From Anaerolineae bacterium (lineage in GTDB: Bacteria > Chloroflexota > Anaerolineae > S140-20), in assembly GCA_027021705.1 (NCBI GenBank), contig JALUTT010000075.1, positions 1 to 35,952 of the forward strand: a stretch of 35,952 nucleotides of DNA, given 5' to 3'. The notes under the pieces were generated by a model. That model was not told the origin of the DNA, did not search any database, and was given only the letters and a program-made list of their open reading frames with translations. The translations under genes were made by a program, and so were the position numbers. Shown one piece after another: positions 26,701 through 35,952 of this stretch (positions are counted from its first letter, which is position 1; each line of letters begins with the position of its first letter).

Positions 26701-28242
26701 ATGCAACCGCTGGTAGAGGCACGAGATATAACAAAGCGCTACGACGGCGTGGTCGCCCTCGATCAGGCCTCCTTTCGATGTCAACCAGGCAGCATCCACG
26801 CCCTCGTCGGTGAGAACGGGGCAGGGAAAAGCACATTGGTCAAGATCTTAAGCGGGGTAGTGATCCCGGACGCGGGCACGATCAACGTGCGGGGACGTCC
26901 CGTGGTCATTGATTCGCCCATCGTGGCTACACGCCTGGGGATTGGGGCCGTGTTCCAGGAGCTCTCCCTGATGCCCGACCTAACGGTGGCAGAGAACATT
27001 TTCATCACGAACCCGCCCCGCACCCACCTGGGCTTGGTTGACCGAAAGGCCCTGTACAGACGTGCAAAACAATTCCTGGCGGAACTGGGGTTCCAGGATG
27101 TGGACCCCGATGCCCTCATTGGGGAGCTGCCCCTCGCCCAACGACAGTTGGTGGAGATCGCCAAAGCGCTGTCGCGGGATCCTCAGGTCCTGATCCTGGA
27201 TGAGGGCACCTCCGCCCTGACGATGCAGGAGGTCCACACAGTCTTCGAGATTATGGAACGGTTGCGAGCTCAGAACCGCTCCGTCATCTTCATCTCCCAC
27301 CGCATGGACGAAGTCGAGGAGATCGCGGATACCATCACCATATTCCGCGACGGTCGCAACGTCGCATCCTTCCCGGCCGGCACGGTTGGCCGGGAAGAGA
27401 TGGTCCAGATGATGATTGGCCGCAAGCTGGAGCAGGTCTTTCCCCCCAAACGCGCCCTTCCCGCTCACGAGGTGCCGCTCCTGGTGATCGAAGACCTGAG
27501 TTGGGGAGATACCCTTCGCAACATCAGCTTCAGGCTGGGAGAGGGAGAGATCCTCGGTCTCGGAGGACTGGAAGGCCAGGGTCAACGAGAGTTGCTCCTC
27601 GCCCTCTTTGGCGTGCTGCGCAATGTACGAGGTCGCATCTACGTAAACGGGGAGGAGAAACAGATCACAAGCCCCGCTGCTGCCGCCAGCGCGGGCATTC
27701 GATTGGCCCTGATTCCGGAAGACCGCAAGACGGAGGGATTGATCCTGCCTATGCCGGTGAAGGACAACATCACCCTCGCCACGCTGCACCAATACGCACG
27801 CTTCGGCCTCATGATGCACCACCAGGAGCGAGCAGCCGTGGACCGCGTTATCGAACAACTCCGGATCAAGGTGCCCTCACCAAGCGTCACCGTGCGCAGC
27901 CTCAGCGGCGGCAACCAGCAGAAGGTGGTCATCGCCAAATGGCTGCTCACCCAGGCCCAGATTTACCTGCTGTACGATCTGACACGAGGGATAGACGTAG
28001 GCACAAAACACGAGATCTACCAATTGATGCGGGCGTTGGCCGACGAAGGGGCGGGAATCCTGTTCTTCTCCACGGACCTCAGCGAGCTGGTGGGGTTATG
28101 TGATCGGGTGCTGGTGCTTTACGAAGGTCGCATCAGCGCAGAGCTCTCCGGCGAGGCCCTCAGCGAGGAGAACCTGGTGGCCACCGCCTTGGGTATGAAG
28201 GCGAACGGGAGAGAAGAGAGCCCGGTGCGGAGGATGGCATGA
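26701..28242 (+). CDS. Sugar ABC transporter ATP-binding protein (RbsA-like, tandem NBD)
   Basis: AGGAG RBS before ATG 26701; GENGAGKST, ILDEGTSAL, FISH, PEDRKTEG, LSGGNQQK and TRGIDVG. Confidence 0.96.
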   Translation: MQPLVEARDITKRYDGVVALDQASFRCQPGSIHALVGENGAGKSTLVKILSGVVIPDAGTINVRGRPVVIDSPIVATRLGIGAVFQELSLMPDLTVAENIFITNPPRTHLGLVDRKALYRRAKQFLAELGFQDVDPDALIGELPLAQRQLVEIAKALSRDPQVLILDEGTSALTMQEVHTVFEIMERLRAQNRSVIFISHRMDEVEEIADTITIFRDGRNVASFPAGTVGREEMVQMMIGRKLEQVFPPKRALPAHEVPLLVIEDLSWGDTLRNISFRLGEGEILGLGGLEGQGQRELLLALFGVLRNVRGRIYVNGEEKQITSPAAAASAGIRLALIPEDRKTEGLILPMPVKDNITLATLHQYARFGLMMHHQERAAVDRVIEQLRIKVPSPSVTVRSLSGGNQQKVVIAKWLLTQAQIYLLYDLTRGIDVGTKHEIYQLMRALADEGAGILFFSTDLSELVGLCDRVLVLYEGRISAELSGEALSEENLVATALGMKANGREESPVRRMA

Positions 28243-29240
28243 CGACCCTGTCCATAGCAGACGGTGCCCAATGGCTCAGGCGTTTCTTCAGGCGCAATTT
28301 CAAGGTAGGTATCGCCTATGTTGCCCTTCTGGCGCTGTTGGGAGTGTACGCTGGGCTGCAGCCACGGCTGTTCACCAAGCTGGTCATCACGGCAACGGCC
28401 AACCAGGGGATGGCCCTGGTTCTCGCCAGCATGGGCCAAACAGCCGTGGTGCTCACCGCTGGCATTGATCTCTCCGTCGGCCCCATCGTCAGCCTGTCCA
28501 ACACCCTGGCGTCAACCCTGTTCCCCGACAGCGTGCCGGGCGTCATCGGTGTGGTGGTGCTGGTGCTCCTGGTGGGAGCCCTGGCGGGCCTGATCAATGG
28601 TCTGATTGTGGTGTACGGTCGTCTACAGCCCATCATCGTCACCCTAGCCACAGCCTCCATCTACAGCGGCTTCGCCCTGATGTTGCGCCCACGCCCGGGG
28701 GGCTACGTGCCCCTATGGTACGGCGACCTGTTGACCAGGCGGGTGTTCGACCTGATCCCCACCTCGTTGGTGCTCCTGGCGTTCGTCCTAATCTTCATAT
28801 GGGCACCCTTCCGTCGTTCGCGGTTGGGCCTGGCCGTGTACGCTGTAGGCAGCGACGAGCGTGCCGCTTACATGAGCGGGCTGAACGTGAACCGAGCTAA
28901 GGTGGCGGCATATGTGATGGCCGGCTTCCTCGCCGCTCTGGCAGGGCTCTTCCTCACCGCCCAAACCAGCTCTGGAGATGCAACCATCGGAGCGGTCTAC
29001 ACTCTGCAATCCATCGGTGCCGTGGTCCTCGGCGGCACCTCCCTGTTTGGAGGCTCAGGAGGGGTGGCGGGAACGATCGCCGGCGCATTCGTGATCCGCA
29101 TCATCAGCAGCGTGCTCTTCTTCGCCGGAATCAACCCTCTCTCCCAACCCCTTTTCGAGGGGCTGGTGCTCTTGATCGCCATTTCCCTGGGAGCAGCGCG
29201 AACGTTCACCCTGCGCAATCGCCTGGAGACGATGCGCTGA
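28239..29240 (+). CDS. Sugar ABC transporter permease (RbsC-like)
   Basis: GIDLSVG, IVTLAT, YAVGSDERAAYMSG and IGAVVLGGTSLFGG; ATGA overlap with the ATPase. Confidence 0.95.
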   Translation: MTTLSIADGAQWLRRFFRRNFKVGIAYVALLALLGVYAGLQPRLFTKLVITATANQGMALVLASMGQTAVVLTAGIDLSVGPIVSLSNTLASTLFPDSVPGVIGVVVLVLLVGALAGLINGLIVVYGRLQPIIVTLATASIYSGFALMLRPRPGGYVPLWYGDLLTRRVFDLIPTSLVLLAFVLIFIWAPFRRSRLGLAVYAVGSDERAAYMSGLNVNRAKVAAYVMAGFLAALAGLFLTAQTSSGDATIGAVYTLQSIGAVVLGGTSLFGGSGGVAGTIAGAFVIRIISSVLFFAGINPLSQPLFEGLVLLIAISLGAARTFTLRNRLETMR

Positions 29241-29303
29241 GCACCACAACGGCTGGTAGCAGCAGCGTCCATCAGGAGACGCTATATCCCACAGAGGCGA
29301 ACT

Positions 29304-30293
29304 ATGGTCACAACCTCTCGTGCCTGGCTCTCTCTGCACCGCTGGCTTTGGGGCCTGAATCAGGAACAGCGAAGCGTGGTCATCGCTTACCTGATGATCG
29401 TCGCCATCGTTGGCCTCGGATCCCTGATCATGCCCCAGTTCGCATCCCCCAACTACCTGCTGCTCCAGCTTATGAAGGCTTCCTTCCTAGGCGCGGTGGC
29501 AGCAGGACAGATGATGGTCATCCTGACGGGCAACATTGACCTGTCTGTAAGCTGGACGCTCAACCTGGCAGCCGTGATGGTCACCTCCATCGCCCAAGGA
29601 CAGAACGAGCGTCTCTGGTTGGGTGTGCTGGCCGGGCTGGCCGTTGGCCTCATTGTGGGCCTCCTCAACGGGCTGGGAGTCGCTTACCTGCGCATCCCCT
29701 CTCTGGTCCTCACCCTGGGCATGGACGCTGTGGTCAAAGGGGTAACCGTGCTCTACACGGGTGCTCAGCCCAAGGGTGAATCCCCCGAACTGCTGAATCT
29801 GATTGTGCACCACAAAGTGTGGGGGGGCCTTCCCTCGGTGGTCCTGGTGTGGACCGCTATCTCGCTCTTCTGCTTCATCGTGCTACATCGCAGTGCGCTG
29901 GGCCGCAAGATATACGCGGTGGGGAACAACGAGATCTGCGCTTATCTCTCAGGAGTGAAATCCCATCGGGTGCTGATCAGCGCATTCGTCTTGAGCGGCC
30001 TGATGAACGCCATCGCAGGCATCCTGCTCGTGGGATATGCAGGCCGTAGTTTCAACGGGATGGGGGAACCGTACCTGCTCCCAAGCATCGCTGCCGTCGT
30101 CATCGGGGGCACAAATATCCTGGGAGGATCGGGGCTCTACATGGGGACTGTAGCGGGCGCCATCATCATCACCCTGTTGGAGAGCACCCTCAGCATCATG
30201 CAAATTTCGCAGGCAGGGCGCAACATCATCTACGGGCTCGTGATCCTCGGCATGTTATTCCTGTATGGACGTGGGAGCCAAATCAGGGAATAG
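29304..30293 (+). CDS. Sugar ABC transporter permease (RbsC-like)
   Basis: GNIDLSV, YAVGNNEICAYLSG and IAAVVIGGTNILGG. Confidence 0.95.
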   Translation: MVTTSRAWLSLHRWLWGLNQEQRSVVIAYLMIVAIVGLGSLIMPQFASPNYLLLQLMKASFLGAVAAGQMMVILTGNIDLSVSWTLNLAAVMVTSIAQGQNERLWLGVLAGLAVGLIVGLLNGLGVAYLRIPSLVLTLGMDAVVKGVTVLYTGAQPKGESPELLNLIVHHKVWGGLPSVVLVWTAISLFCFIVLHRSALGRKIYAVGNNEICAYLSGVKSHRVLISAFVLSGLMNAIAGILLVGYAGRSFNGMGEPYLLPSIAAVVIGGTNILGGSGLYMGTVAGAIIITLLESTLSIMQISQAGRNIIYGLVILGMLFLYGRGSQIRE

Positions 30294-30303
30294 GGAGACG
30301 CTC

Positions 30304-31236
30304 ATGGAGAGAAGCAACCAGGTTCAGGCCCCGGTAAAACTCTGCCGCTTCTTTCACCCCCATCAAGGGGTGCGGGTGGGTCAGGTCGTTGCCGGGCAGG
30401 TCTATGACCTGACCGCCAGTGGCCTCGCCCCTTGTCAATCCCTTGCCGCTCTGCTGCAGGCCTCAACGGAGATGCCCATCGCTACCCTGCTGCAGGAGGT
30501 AGACAAGACGAAGCTACCTGTGTACCCGTATAGCGAGTTGGACCGCACGCCGGACAGACGAGCCCCCCACCTGCTGCCCCCTGTGGATCGTCAGGAGATC
30601 TGGGCAGCGGGCGTGACATACCACCAAAGTCGAGAGGCGCGCATGCGGGAGGCACGAAATCAGAGCGTCTATTCCCAGGTGTACGAAGCGGCGCGACCAG
30701 AACTCTTCTTCAAGTCCACTCCTGAGAAGGTCGTCGGTCCCAACGACTGGATCGGCATCCGAGGGGACAGCCACTGGAGCGTCCCCGAGCCGGAACTGGC
30801 CCTGACCGTCAACCCCACGATGCAGATCGTGGGCTACACCATTGGAAACGACGTGAGCAGCCGGGACATCGAGGGCGAGAACCCCTTATACCTGCCCCAG
30901 GCGAAAATCTACCGACACGCTTGTGCTGTCGGGCCGGTCATTGTGCTGGCCGACAGCGGCATCAACGCCCACGACCTAACCATCCGTCTGACCATCAGGA
31001 AGGGGAACCGACTGCGCTTTCGTGGGGAAGTCAGCACGGGTCAGATGCGCCGCAGCCTGGAGGAACTCGTGGGGTATCTGGCCCGATACAATGACTTCCC
31101 CCACGGGGTCATCCTGCTCACCGGAACGGGCATCGTGCCCGACGATGACGTTGCCCTAGAAGAGGGCGATCAGGTGGAGATTGAGATCGAAGGCATCGGC
31201 ATCCTGCGGAATTGGGTGAAGCGGATGGAACAATGA
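30304..31236 (+). CDS. Fumarylacetoacetate hydrolase family, 2-keto-3-deoxy-pentonate dehydratase (XylX/KdaD-like)
   Basis: IWAAGVTY..SREARM.E, VYEAARPELFFK, VPEPEL, GNDVSSRDIEGENPLYLPQAK and LLTGTGIVP. ATG 30304 follows GGGAG. Confidence 0.9.
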   Translation: MERSNQVQAPVKLCRFFHPHQGVRVGQVVAGQVYDLTASGLAPCQSLAALLQASTEMPIATLLQEVDKTKLPVYPYSELDRTPDRRAPHLLPPVDRQEIWAAGVTYHQSREARMREARNQSVYSQVYEAARPELFFKSTPEKVVGPNDWIGIRGDSHWSVPEPELALTVNPTMQIVGYTIGNDVSSRDIEGENPLYLPQAKIYRHACAVGPVIVLADSGINAHDLTIRLTIRKGNRLRFRGEVSTGQMRRSLEELVGYLARYNDFPHGVILLTGTGIVPDDDVALEEGDQVEIEIEGIGILRNWVKRMEQ

Positions 31237-33383
31237 GCCCCAGGACGCTATCCGGCTCCAACCCCTATCGAGAGAACGTCCAGGCCAAGGCAAATGCGCC
31301 CATCACCGTCGTGGCTCTCCTGGAGAGGGCACGTACCATGCTGGGTCTGACCGATCTAGACGGTCGGCTGGAGACGGTCTACGATAGATTGGACCAGAAT
31401 GCCCCGCGTGTTGCCATCATTGGGGGCTCCCTCGACCATCCGGCCCACATTGTGGATTGGGAACCCGTCCTAAAAGCGGCCGCAGCCATCTGGGAGCAAG
31501 GCGGAGTGCCTTTCTACTTCAGCATCCCTGTGGTATGCGACGCCATCGCCCAAAGCACCCTGGGCATGAGCTACAGCCTCCAGAGCCGCAACGCCGTAGC
31601 CGCTATGGTGATCAACCAGATGGAGGCACACACCTACCATGCCGCCTACGTCGTCACCGGATGCGACAAGACCCCTTTTGCCATCCTGGCCGGATTGGCC
31701 CACCTGGATATGCTGCGCCGGAGACGGGGCGATCTCCCCCTCACCGCGACGTTCCAGCCGGCTCACGTCCTGCGCGGAGGCACCATCCCACCAGACCTGC
31801 GCGCCGAACTGGAGGAGGTAGCCCGGCGAGCAGAGGAAGAGGGATACCAGGAGATCGCCTCCGATCTGCGCGAGACGATGAAGTACATCCTCCAGTGCAC
31901 TTCAAACTCGGCCTTCAGGGCTGTGTTGACCCGGGCTAGAGACGCGGGGCTCATTACCGCAGAAACACACGCCGATTACGAGCGGCGTCTGGCCGTCCAC
32001 ACGTGTGATCCGAAGGGGGGCATCTGTGCCTTCAACGGGACCGGCAATTCCAGCCGCATCGCCCTGTCGGCTATGGGGCTGGTGCATCCCTCGGTCGAAC
32101 TCCTCACAAGCCCCCCCGAACTGGAGCAGGTCCGGGAGGCTGTTGCAGGGCTGTTCGCCTGTCTCGAACGCCCGTCCTACAGCGTGGGACGCATCCTGGC
32201 AAGCAACTTCGCCAACGCGGTGCGCGTGTACAGTGCCACGGGTGGATCAACCAACCTAATGCTCCATCTGGTCGCAGCTATGCTCTACGCGGGCTACAAG
32301 GTGGACATCCACACCGTGGATTACATTCGGCGTCACCCGCCTGTGCCGGACATCTTTGACTACAGCCTCACGGAAGGACGAGACATTTTCGCCCTGGCCC
32401 AACAGCGGGCTGCCGGCCTCATTCGTGGCGTTGAGACCCTGTTTTACGAGCTGTTCCGCCAAGGCATTCCTATGGACCTGGACGCTCCTACGGTGACCGG
32501 GACGACGTGGGATGAACGCTTGGCCGATCCCAACCACCTGAGGGCCGACGGCGTGAGGGAGAATCCCATCATCCTGCACGTTCCTCGGAGGTCCTACAGC
32601 GGCGTCGAGGTTCTGCAGAGCAACTTCTTCGATTCGGCTGTCGTCAAGATCAGCGGTATGACCGACGAACAGATCGAGCAGTTTGACGATCAAGTGGCCG
32701 TCGTGCTCTTCTTCGAGAACGAGGAGGACGCCAACGAGCAGTTGTTGGATCCCCACCTGTTGTCCCGCTTGCGGGATACCCCCTTTCTCACCCGGGAGAC
32801 GCTGCGGAGCATAGCAACCCACAATGCCAGGAGACGGGGCGCTCTGCCCCCTGCCGTCGAGGTATGGGACCGCCACACCCTGTTCGACTGGACGTTAGGA
32901 GAAGGGATCCTGAAGGTTGCCGTGGTTATCAGCGGGCAAGGGCCTGAAGCCTTCGGCATGCCCGAAATGTTCACGCCTATGCAGTACATCAACGCCAACA
33001 GGAGACTGCGACGGGTCACCGTGCTCCTGACCGACGGTCGCTTTTCCGGGGTGACCTACGGGCCGGCCATCGGCCACGTGACGCCTGAGGCGATCCAAGG
33101 GGGCTGGATAGGGCTTCTCCAAACGGGGGATCTCCTTCACATTCAATTGCGCAAGCGCCGGATTGACCTGTTGGATCCCCAAGCGTTGGCCGCCGGTCGC
33201 CTGGTACCCTGGGAGGTGAATCTTGCCCAGGCGCGCCACGTCCTGATCGCCGAGCGACGACGCCCCCTGGTCCAGCGGAGATCATCCATCGCCGCCCCTA
33301 ATCGGCTCCAGCGAGTGACCGACGCCTCACAGGGGGTCGTACCCCTGGAGGTCTTCGCAGAAGCAACCCGACCATACCTGTGA
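31233..33383 (+). CDS. IlvD/Edd family dehydratase (probable sugar-acid dehydratase)
   Basis: PVVCDAIAQ, TGCDKT, GICAFNGTGNS, GGSTNLMLHL, GMPEM and TDGRFSG...IGHVTPEA. ATG 31233 overlaps the upstream stop (ATGA). Confidence 0.9.
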   Translation: MSPRTLSGSNPYRENVQAKANAPITVVALLERARTMLGLTDLDGRLETVYDRLDQNAPRVAIIGGSLDHPAHIVDWEPVLKAAAAIWEQGGVPFYFSIPVVCDAIAQSTLGMSYSLQSRNAVAAMVINQMEAHTYHAAYVVTGCDKTPFAILAGLAHLDMLRRRRGDLPLTATFQPAHVLRGGTIPPDLRAELEEVARRAEEEGYQEIASDLRETMKYILQCTSNSAFRAVLTRARDAGLITAETHADYERRLAVHTCDPKGGICAFNGTGNSSRIALSAMGLVHPSVELLTSPPELEQVREAVAGLFACLERPSYSVGRILASNFANAVRVYSATGGSTNLMLHLVAAMLYAGYKVDIHTVDYIRRHPPVPDIFDYSLTEGRDIFALAQQRAAGLIRGVETLFYELFRQGIPMDLDAPTVTGTTWDERLADPNHLRADGVRENPIILHVPRRSYSGVEVLQSNFFDSAVVKISGMTDEQIEQFDDQVAVVLFFENEEDANEQLLDPHLLSRLRDTPFLTRETLRSIATHNARRRGALPPAVEVWDRHTLFDWTLGEGILKVAVVISGQGPEAFGMPEMFTPMQYINANRRLRRVTVLLTDGRFSGVTYGPAIGHVTPEAIQGGWIGLLQTGDLLHIQLRKRRIDLLDPQALAAGRLVPWEVNLAQARHVLIAERRRPLVQRRSSIAAPNRLQRVTDASQGVVPLEVFAEATRPYL

Positions 33384-33418
33384 GCGCGACATACATCCCG
33401 TACATGGAGGCAAGAGCA

Positions 33419-34864
33419 ATGGAGAAGTTTCGTAATCTGATCGGGGGAGAATGGGTCACTTCCTCGAACGGTGCGACCTTTGAGAACCGCAACCCGGCAA
33501 ATCCCGAGGAGGTCTTGGGGCTGTTTCCCAGCATGACCCGCGAAGACACCCGACGCGCTGTTGAATCCGCCAGGGAGGCACTTCCCGCGTGGGCAGAGAC
33601 CCCTCCACCTACGCGAGGAGCCATCCTCTACAGAGCCAGCCAACTCATTGACGAACGACTGGAGGAGATCGCCGTCACCCTAACTCGCGAGGAGGGGAAG
33701 ACCTTGGCCGAGGCGCGGGCCGAGGTTGCCCGGGCGCGCGACATCTTTCGCTACTACGCAGGTGAGGGCTGGCGGATGGGCGGCAGCGTGTTGCCCAGCA
33801 ATGTACATGGCGAAATGCTCTACACCCGTCGGGAACCCTTGGGAGTGATCAGCATCATCACGCCGTGGAACTTCCCTGTCGCCATCCCTGCCTGGAAGAT
33901 CGCCCCGGCCCTCGTGTACGGCAACACCGTCGTGTTCAAACCCGCAAGTCTGGCCCCTCAGTGCAGCCTCATGTTGGTGGAGGCCCTGGTCGAGGCAGGG
34001 CTCCCCCCCGGAGTGGTCAACTACGTGACAGGGTCGGGTAGAGAAGTGGGGGATGCGATGGTAATCCATCCAGAGGTCAAGGGGGTAAGCTTTACCGGCT
34101 CTTACGAAGTAGGCGTCCAGGTCTACCGGAGGGCAGCCCCTGCGATGAAGCGGGTTCAGTTGGAGATGGGGGGGAAGAATGCGCTGGTGGTGCTGGAGGA
34201 CGGCGATCTGGACCTCGCCGTGCAGTTGGCGGTGCGAGGTGGCTTTGGACTGACGGGACAGGCATGTACCGCGACCAGTCGCGTGATCGTGGATGAGAAG
34301 ATCGCCGACGCCTTTGTCCAGGGCCTCTGCGACGCGGCCCGGTCCCTGGTGGTGGGCGATGGCCTTGACCCTGCAACGCAGATGGGACCCGCCGTGAGCC
34401 AGGAGCAGATGGAGACCGACCTGGAATACGTAGCGATAGGGAAGGCCGAAGGAGCCAAACTCCTGGTGGGAGGTGGGATTGCGAAGAAGGGAGGGTACTT
34501 CGTGGAACCCACGGTCTTTGACTTCGTAGACCCTCAGATGCGCCTGGCCCAGGAGGAGATCTTCGGGCCTGTCATCGCGGTGATCCGAGCCAAGGACTTC
34601 GACGAGGCCATCACCAAGACGAATACCGTCGCCTATGGGCTGGTGGCAGGCATTGTGACCAGCAACCTCCAGCGGGCATTTGCCTTCGCCGAGGAGGCAG
34701 ACGTCGGTGTGGTCAAGGTCAATGAACCCACCACGGGTCTGGCCCTACAGGCACCTTTCGGTGGATTCAAGCAGTCGAGCGCCAACACCTTTAAGGAACA
34801 AGGGCAGAGCGCCATTGAGTTCTACACGCGCATCAAGACGGTGTACGTAGGATACGGGGTGTAG
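33419..34864 (+). CDS. Aldehyde dehydrogenase (probable alpha-ketoglutaric semialdehyde dehydrogenase)
   Basis: GGAGG RBS before ATG 33419; ITPWNFP, FTGS, LEMGGKN, GQACTATSR, EEIFGPV and PFGG. Substrate inferred from operon context. Confidence 0.93.
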   Translation: MEKFRNLIGGEWVTSSNGATFENRNPANPEEVLGLFPSMTREDTRRAVESAREALPAWAETPPPTRGAILYRASQLIDERLEEIAVTLTREEGKTLAEARAEVARARDIFRYYAGEGWRMGGSVLPSNVHGEMLYTRREPLGVISIITPWNFPVAIPAWKIAPALVYGNTVVFKPASLAPQCSLMLVEALVEAGLPPGVVNYVTGSGREVGDAMVIHPEVKGVSFTGSYEVGVQVYRRAAPAMKRVQLEMGGKNALVVLEDGDLDLAVQLAVRGGFGLTGQACTATSRVIVDEKIADAFVQGLCDAARSLVVGDGLDPATQMGPAVSQEQMETDLEYVAIGKAEGAKLLVGGGIAKKGGYFVEPTVFDFVDPQMRLAQEEIFGPVIAVIRAKDFDEAITKTNTVAYGLVAGIVTSNLQRAFAFAEEADVGVVKVNEPTTGLALQAPFGGFKQSSANTFKEQGQSAIEFYTRIKTVYVGYGV

Positions 34865-34918
34865 GCGACAACAGAGCCCCTCCCAAGGGATCCAGATTCC
34901 CGGAGTCCCTGCAACCCG

Positions 34919-35950
34919 CTACGCCGGCACCAACCACACGGCCTGATACGCATCTAGCGCGACCTCGAAGGCTCCGCCCTCTTCGGAGTAGCATCCTCCA
35001 CCGATGAGATCGCGCCAGGCCGGCGTCCCCGGCAGCCTCCACTGCCTCGGCTCTACCCGGACCGTCTGGGAACGCCCGGAGACGTTGACCAGGCAGAGCA
35101 CCACGTCCTCTCCGTCGGAGGCGCTGCGCAGCAGGGCGAAGACCGCCGGATGCAGCGAGAGCACCCGCTGCTCGCTGTTGGGGTGAAAGGCCGGATGCTC
35201 CCGTCGCCGGCGCAGCAGGTGGCGATACCCCTGGAAGACCCGATGGCTCAGCGTGCCCGGATCGGCCAGACGGGCTTCCAGCGTCGCCCGGTCGAACTTC
35301 TCCCGGTTGATGGACCGGGCCCGCCCCGTCCGGGCGACGCACTCGTGGCAGTTGCGGGAACCGAAGAGGCTATGGACGTAGATGCCCGGCACGCCTGCCA
35401 GGGAGAGCATGATCACCTGTGAGGCCAGGAAGCGGCGCACGTCCACCTCCGGCCGGGGATCCCGAGGGTCGTTGAGGATGTCGAAGAGGGTGATGTTGAG
35501 CTCGTACACGCTGCGGGAGCCATCGGCATTGGCCTTGTAGGAGACCTGCCCTCCGTGGGCCAGTGTCCGGTCCACCAGCGCCTGGATCTCTGCCTCGCTC
35601 AGCAACCCTCGCGCCGGCATCACCCCGATGCCGTCGTGGGAGGCGATGAAGTTGAAGAAGGTCGTCGTCGGCGAGGGCGTGCGGAGCGTCGCCGCCCACG
35701 CGCTCAGCCGGCGGGCATCCCCTGTGTGAAAGGCGTGCACCACCAGGGGGGCCAGGGGGAACTGGTAGACCAACTGCGCTTCATCGGTCCCATCGCCGAA
35801 GTAGCTGATGTTCTCCTCGTGGGGGACGTTGGTCTCCGTGATCAGCAGCACGCCGGGGGCGACCGCATCCAGGACGGCGCGGAAGAGCTTCACCACCCGG
35901 TGGGTCTGGGGCAGGTGGATGCAGGGGGTGCCGATCTCCTTCCACAGGTA
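34919..35950 (-). CDS. GH13 sucrose phosphorylase family protein (glucosylglycerate/sugar phosphorylase-like), 5'-truncated by the window edge
   Basis: Frame open to the window end: YLWKEIGTPCIHLPQTH, ITETNVPHEENISYFG, YQFPL, NFIASHDGIG, YELNIT, GVPGIY and RSINR. Confidence 0.92.
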   Translation of the reverse strand, partial: YLWKEIGTPCIHLPQTHRVVKLFRAVLDAVAPGVLLITETNVPHEENISYFGDGTDEAQLVYQFPLAPLVVHAFHTGDARRLSAWAATLRTPSPTTTFFNFIASHDGIGVMPARGLLSEAEIQALVDRTLAHGGQVSYKANADGSRSVYELNITLFDILNDPRDPRPEVDVRRFLASQVIMLSLAGVPGIYVHSLFGSRNCHECVARTGRARSINREKFDRATLEARLADPGTLSHRVFQGYRHLLRRRREHPAFHPNSEQRVLSLHPAVFALLRSASDGEDVVLCLVNVSGRSQTVRVEPRQWRLPGTPAWRDLIGGGCYSEEGGAFEVALDAYQAVWLVPA

Positions 35951-35952
35951 GG

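Overview
A GC-rich bacterial window, probably Chloroflexota (Anaerolineae-like); this is inferred from the C-terminal 'YLPLV' motifs and the gene content. (1) A tandem palindromic repeat (1-365) precedes a short ArgA-like GNAT gene. (2) A 3.58-kb lower-GC island (1116-4692) sits inside a duplicated cupin-methyltransferase pair, replacing the 5' part of the methyltransferase. It carries a consensus sigma70 promoter in front of a 121-nt tRNA-like gene with an 8-nt anticodon loop and a 51-nt variable region, convergent with a 1015-aa STAND-type NTPase-TPR gene. (3) A minus-strand block encodes a cupin, aconitase A, a PIG-L deacetylase, a patatin, a SAM methyltransferase and a second cupin. (4) A SARP/BTAD-NTPase-TPR regulator with a degenerate Walker A motif is followed by phased TTTGAC repeats, a small conserved gene and four secreted proteins sharing a [YF]LPxV motif. 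(5) An IclR-headed sugar ABC / Weimberg-like catabolic operon contains a cyclase-family gene and a transposase-derived ORF. (6) The window ends in the 3' part of a GH13 sucrose-phosphorylase-family gene. The most unusual element is the tRNA-like RNA plus STAND-TPR island. All calls come from reading the sequence by eye; no searches were run.
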